48,894 nt of DNA from a virus (Duplodnaviria; Caudoviricetes), in IMG/VR virus record IMGVR_UViG_3300046060_000025, positions 1-48,894 of that record; one strand, given 5' to 3'. The notes below the pieces were generated by a model. The model saw only the letters and a program-made list of their open reading frames with translations, did not search any database and was not told where the DNA came from. Below, one piece after another: positions 45,803 to 48,894 of this stretch (its first letter is position 1; each line of letters begins with the position of its first letter). A program made the translations under genes and the position numbers.

Positions 45803-46090
45803 CTACCCCTGCCGGCGCGCCGATAGCGCACGGCGCGTCGACCGCCGCCGCCGGACCGCCGCCAGTTCGTCCTCGTCCGCGACGCCGAGGTACTCGAGCA
45901 GCTGCGCGCGGCAGTCGCAGTAGTTATTAAGGATATCGCTGCCGTCCTCGACCTCCCCGAACAGGCCGTACACGTCATCGACCGTCTCGGTGATAGGCGT
46001 CTGGACGTCGTGCTTGCCGCAGAAGGACTCCTCGCCGGCCTCCGGGCCGACGCAGAGCGCCGTCCCGGTCCGGTCGGCGTAGAGCATCAC
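45803..46090 (-). CDS. Small Cys-containing hypothetical protein
   Basis: C..FCGKH..YCDC; coupled to the upstream gene. Confidence 0.6.
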   Translation of the reverse strand: MMLYADRTGTALCVGPEAGEESFCGKHDVQTPITETVDDVYGLFGEVEDGSDILNNYCDCRAQLLEYLGVADEDELAAVRRRRSTRRALSARRQG

Positions 46091-46386
46091 ACCCCCTCCG
46101 GGAGGCTACGGAACCGCTCCCGGAGCGTCACGCGGTTCGTGTCGAACCAGTCCGCGACTGCCTGCTGGGTCGGGCGGCCCTCGCCGGCCGTCGCCCGCGG
46201 CCGCTGGTCCAGGTACGCCGCGTATATCGCGGCGGCGGCGACCGTCTTCGCCTTCGCGCCGCGCGTCCAGGCGTCGTCCGCCTCCGCCAGCGCCAGCGCT
46301 CGGTACACGACGTCCTCCGCGTGGTCGTCCGCCCGGTCCTGAATCAAGTCCATCGGCGTCTCGTGGTCGTGAGTCGTGTCTGTCAT
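46087..46386 (-). CDS. Single-cyclin-repeat TFB (TFIIB)-like protein
   Basis: GAKAKTVAAAAIYAAY...PTQQAVADWFDTNRVTLRERFRSL matches the TFB C-terminal repeat G+.P..AAA.LY.A...TQ..VA......T+R.R. Confidence 0.75.
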   Translation of the reverse strand: MTDTTHDHETPMDLIQDRADDHAEDVVYRALALAEADDAWTRGAKAKTVAAAAIYAAYLDQRPRATAGEGRPTQQAVADWFDTNRVTLRERFRSLPEGV

Positions 46387-46400
46387 CGTTCTCAGTCCGC

Positions 46401-46823
46401 TTACCGGCCTCCGCTACCGCCGTGATTTTCGCTCATGTGTTCACTATGTGATTCGTAAACCTAGATATTCGCCGGGCGGTTATCCCAGCGTAATCCGTTC
46501 CGGTGGTGTACCACCTGCTCCTCGCGGAGTATCCCGTACTCCGCTACGGCGAGGAGGCGGTGAACGTAGACGGTTGCTCGCCCGTCTGCGGGGTGGCTGC
46601 TATCCCACCGCTCATAGCCGTTCGGTCCGGTACGGAACGTCGCGTATTCCGTTCGGTGCGTCTCCCGCTCCGTCCTGGCGTCGATGCCCTTACGGGCCAT
46701 GAACCTCGACACGGTAGACTGGTCTACGCCGAACCGTTGCGCGATATCGGCCTGGTCTAACCTATCCTCATAGTACAACTCGGCTACCTCTGCTGGCTCA
46801 GTGAACGGGTCAGGTCCGGGCAT
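46401..46823 (-). pseudogene. HTH-HNH endonuclease with a premature TAG
   Basis: VHRLLA...VVHHRNG..WDNRPANI*VYESHSEHMSENH; the frame stays open after TAG (46461-46463) to TAA at 46401 and aligns with the paralogue's DNREANLQPIDPSEHQSLH. Confidence 0.7.
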
Positions 46824-48082
46824 TATCGGCCACCGCCGACGTTAAGTTGCGATTCATATATCCGGATGAGGCTCTCGGCAATATCGTCCTCGTCGGTGCA
46901 GACGTAGCCGCCCTCGCCGAACATCTTCTGCATGAGGCTCTCGTCCGCGCCGGGCTGGATACCCATGCCTATCACGACGTACCCATCCTGCCGGTACTCC
47001 CGTACTTCCTCCTGCGCCTCCGTCGTCGCCTGCCCGGCGTTGTAGGTCCCGTCGGCCATCATCTGCGGCTGGCCGTCCGTGATGACGACCATGAGGCGTT
47101 CGGACGCGCTGACCTCGTCGCAGTACGCCTTCGCCTGCCGCATCCCGGGCGTAATCGGGTCCTGGTAGTCCGGCCACACCGCGTCGAGGTGCCGCCAGCT
47201 AAACTCCTCGTCCGGGAGCGTAATCGGCATGAGGACCTGGTTCTCCTTGCCGCGCTTCTCCGTACTGGTCCAGGCGTTCGCCGTGAAGTCGTCGCCTATC
47301 TCCCGGCAGGCGATGGCGAGCGCGCCCAGCGCGCTCTTGGCCTCCTTGACGACGCCCTTCATGGACCCGCTCATGTCCATGGAGACGGTGACGGCGCGGT
47401 CGCCCGGCTCCGCCTTCCGCTTCCGCTCGTAGAGCCGGTCCTGCGCGCTCGTGTCGCCGGCCACGAGGTCCGCTACGGCGTCCTCGTTGAGCCGCTCGCC
47501 GTCCTCGTCCGGGACCCACCGGTCGTCGGTCTTGAACTGCCGGAACGCCTCGACGATGCGCTCCGCCTGCCCCGTCTCGTTAAGGTGGTCCCGGACGGCC
47601 TGGCTCCCGACCTCTATGTAGGCGTCGTCCTCGGGCTCGACGCGCCCGGAGTCGAGTCGCCGGTCCCGGGTCCGGCGGTCCTGCTCCAGGTCCGTGTCGG
47701 CCCGGTCCTGCTCGCGCTGGACCTGCTCGTACTGTGCCTCGAAGCCGTCCAGCTCCGTGACGTCGACCGTCTCATCCTCGTCTAGCTCCCACTCGAGTTC
47801 GGAGCGGGCGTCCTCGCTGAGGTCCTGCTCGCTCGTCTCGTAGTCGTCCGGGAGGTGTTCGTCCTCGCCGTGGTAGTCCACCTTGCTGAGGTCGGCCGTC
47901 CGTTCGCGGTCGTCGGACTCCGCGACGGCGTCCGGGGTATCGTCCCCGTCGGCGCCCCGGGCGCCGCCCTCAGGCGCGGCCTCGGTTTCGACCTCGGCGC
48001 CGGCGGCCTGTAGCTTCTCGATTTCGGCGGCGGTGAGGTCGGTTGCGATGACCTCGCCCGTCTCCGTGTTGATTGCGTCCAT
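46823..48082 (-). CDS. vWA (MIDAS) domain protein, CobT/NorD-like C-terminal part
   Basis: GERLNEDAV, VSMDMSGSM, MVVITDGQP, VIGMGI. Confidence 0.9.
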   Translation of the reverse strand: MDAINTETGEVIATDLTAAEIEKLQAAGAEVETEAAPEGGARGADGDDTPDAVAESDDRERTADLSKVDYHGEDEHLPDDYETSEQDLSEDARSELEWELDEDETVDVTELDGFEAQYEQVQREQDRADTDLEQDRRTRDRRLDSGRVEPEDDAYIEVGSQAVRDHLNETGQAERIVEAFRQFKTDDRWVPDEDGERLNEDAVADLVAGDTSAQDRLYERKRKAEPGDRAVTVSMDMSGSMKGVVKEAKSALGALAIACREIGDDFTANAWTSTEKRGKENQVLMPITLPDEEFSWRHLDAVWPDYQDPITPGMRQAKAYCDEVSASERLMVVITDGQPQMMADGTYNAGQATTEAQEEVREYRQDGYVVIGMGIQPGADESLMQKMFGEGGYVCTDEDDIAESLIRIYESQLNVGGGR

Positions 48083-48152
48083 CGTGTATCACCTGCTACA
48101 CCCTCCAGTACGCACCGGCTACCTAAAAAGGTTTTCCTCCGGGAAAGTTCCG
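48083..48152 (-). promoter_or_regulatory. Conserved viral promoter/leader, copy 2
   Basis: GAAAACCTTTTTA-N24-GTAGCAGGTGATACACG-ATG; 46 bp identical to copy 1. Confidence 0.85.
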
Positions 48153-48222
48153 GGTATCCGGTCGCCCCGAGGCCGCTCGCCCGACGTAACCGAGGATACC
48201 GCTCCGTGACCGCCGCGGCGGG

Positions 48223-48894
48223 CTATTCGACCCGGATGTGTGACGCGTCGTCCCGGCCGCCCGTCAGTTCGACAACCGCCCGCGTTCCGCCGGTACTACT
48301 GCCGCCGCCCCCCTCGCCGTCGTCCGCACCGCCGGCGCCGTCCGCGTCCCCGTCCTCACCGTCGTCTGCCTCGTCCGCGGCGCCGCTCCCGCCACCGCCG
48401 GCGGCTGCGGTCGGGTCCTCGCCCGACGTCTCGTCCGGCGCTTCGGCCTCGACCTCACCTTCGGCCTCGGCGGCCGCGGCGTCCGCGGGGTCGAAGTCCT
48501 CGTCCGCCGGCGCGTCCTCGGGGTCGAAGTGGGCGCGCTCCAGGTCCGCCATGAGGTCCTGGATGAGGTCTTCGAGCCAGTCCGGGAGGTCCGGCCGCTT
48601 CGGGATAACGTCCGTAAGGCGCTCCGTGACCTCGGCGGCGTACTCCTCGCGGCGGTCGGGGTCCGCGGCCCGCTTGACGCGCTCGCAGTATACCGCGACG
48701 TCCTGGAGCGCCTCGCGGACCGCCGGGTCGGCGTCCTGGATGCCCTTGACGCGCCCGGAGAACGCTAGCTGGATGAAGCCCTGCACCGCCTGGTCGCGGG
48801 CGTCGTCTAGCTCGCCCATCGGCGGGCGACGGTCGTCGTCCGTCATCTGCGCCTGAACCTGCCAGTCGTGGACGGGCTTGAGGCCGCGGTAGTC
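48223..48894 (-). CDS. C-terminal part of the HExxH protein (joined from 537..84)
   Basis: In frame across the 55-bp overlap; helical region followed by a D/E/G/A low-complexity tail. Confidence 0.85.
   Translation of the reverse strand, partial: DYRGLKPVHDWQVQAQMTDDDRRPPMGELDDARDQAVQGFIQLAFSGRVKGIQDADPAVREALQDVAVYCERVKRAADPDRREEYAAEVTERLTDVIPKRPDLPDWLEDLIQDLMADLERAHFDPEDAPADEDFDPADAAAAEAEGEVEAEAPDETSGEDPTAAAGGGGSGAADEADDGEDGDADGAGGADDGEGGGGSSTGGTRAVVELTGGRDDASHIRVE
48840..48894 (+). repeat. 55-bp terminal direct repeat, right copy
   Basis: Identical to 84-138. Confidence 0.95.

Noticed and set aside
538-48152. Promoter repeats as a CRISPR array or att sites
   Set aside because: Dispersed, each directly before an ATG, with no spacer periodicity and no cas or integrase gene.

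Overview
This window is an apparently complete genome (~48.76 kb once circularised) of a tailed haloarchaeal virus of siphovirus type (Caudoviricetes). It is GC-rich and its proteome is very acidic. Bases 84-138 are identical to 48840-48894 (exactly 55 bp), and one gene reads in frame across that join. Bases 1-83 look like a fold-back assembly tip. Layout: (i) a rightward early operon (1021-8062) of small, translationally coupled genes ending in an Hjc resolvase; (ii) a leftward morphogenesis region (36861 down to 8059) with TerS, TerL, a portal-MuF fusion, XkdF-type protease/scaffold, HK97-type capsid, neck, tail tube, a -1 frameshifted tail chaperone, a short tape measure, tail tip/adhesins, a metzincin and a membrane protein, interrupted by two promoter-headed accessory cassettes; (iii) a putative modification operon (PAPS-reductase-like, SAM methyltransferase, ParB-N fusion, TAGT/GREB1-like glycosyltransferase) close to the terminase genes; (iv) a right arm with HNH genes, an RHH protein, a one-repeat TFB-like protein and a three-gene wHTH-MoxR AAA+ / vWA / HExxH system. 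The most notable signals not explained by the ORF track are a five-copy promoter (GGAAACCTTTWTA-N24-GTAGCAGG) with a second conserved element 166-167 bp upstream in four copies, a minimal tRNA-like element, two CTAG-centred palindromes and near-total GATC avoidance. I recognised no polymerase, helicase, primase or integrase. All family assignments come from motif recognition by eye, not database searches.
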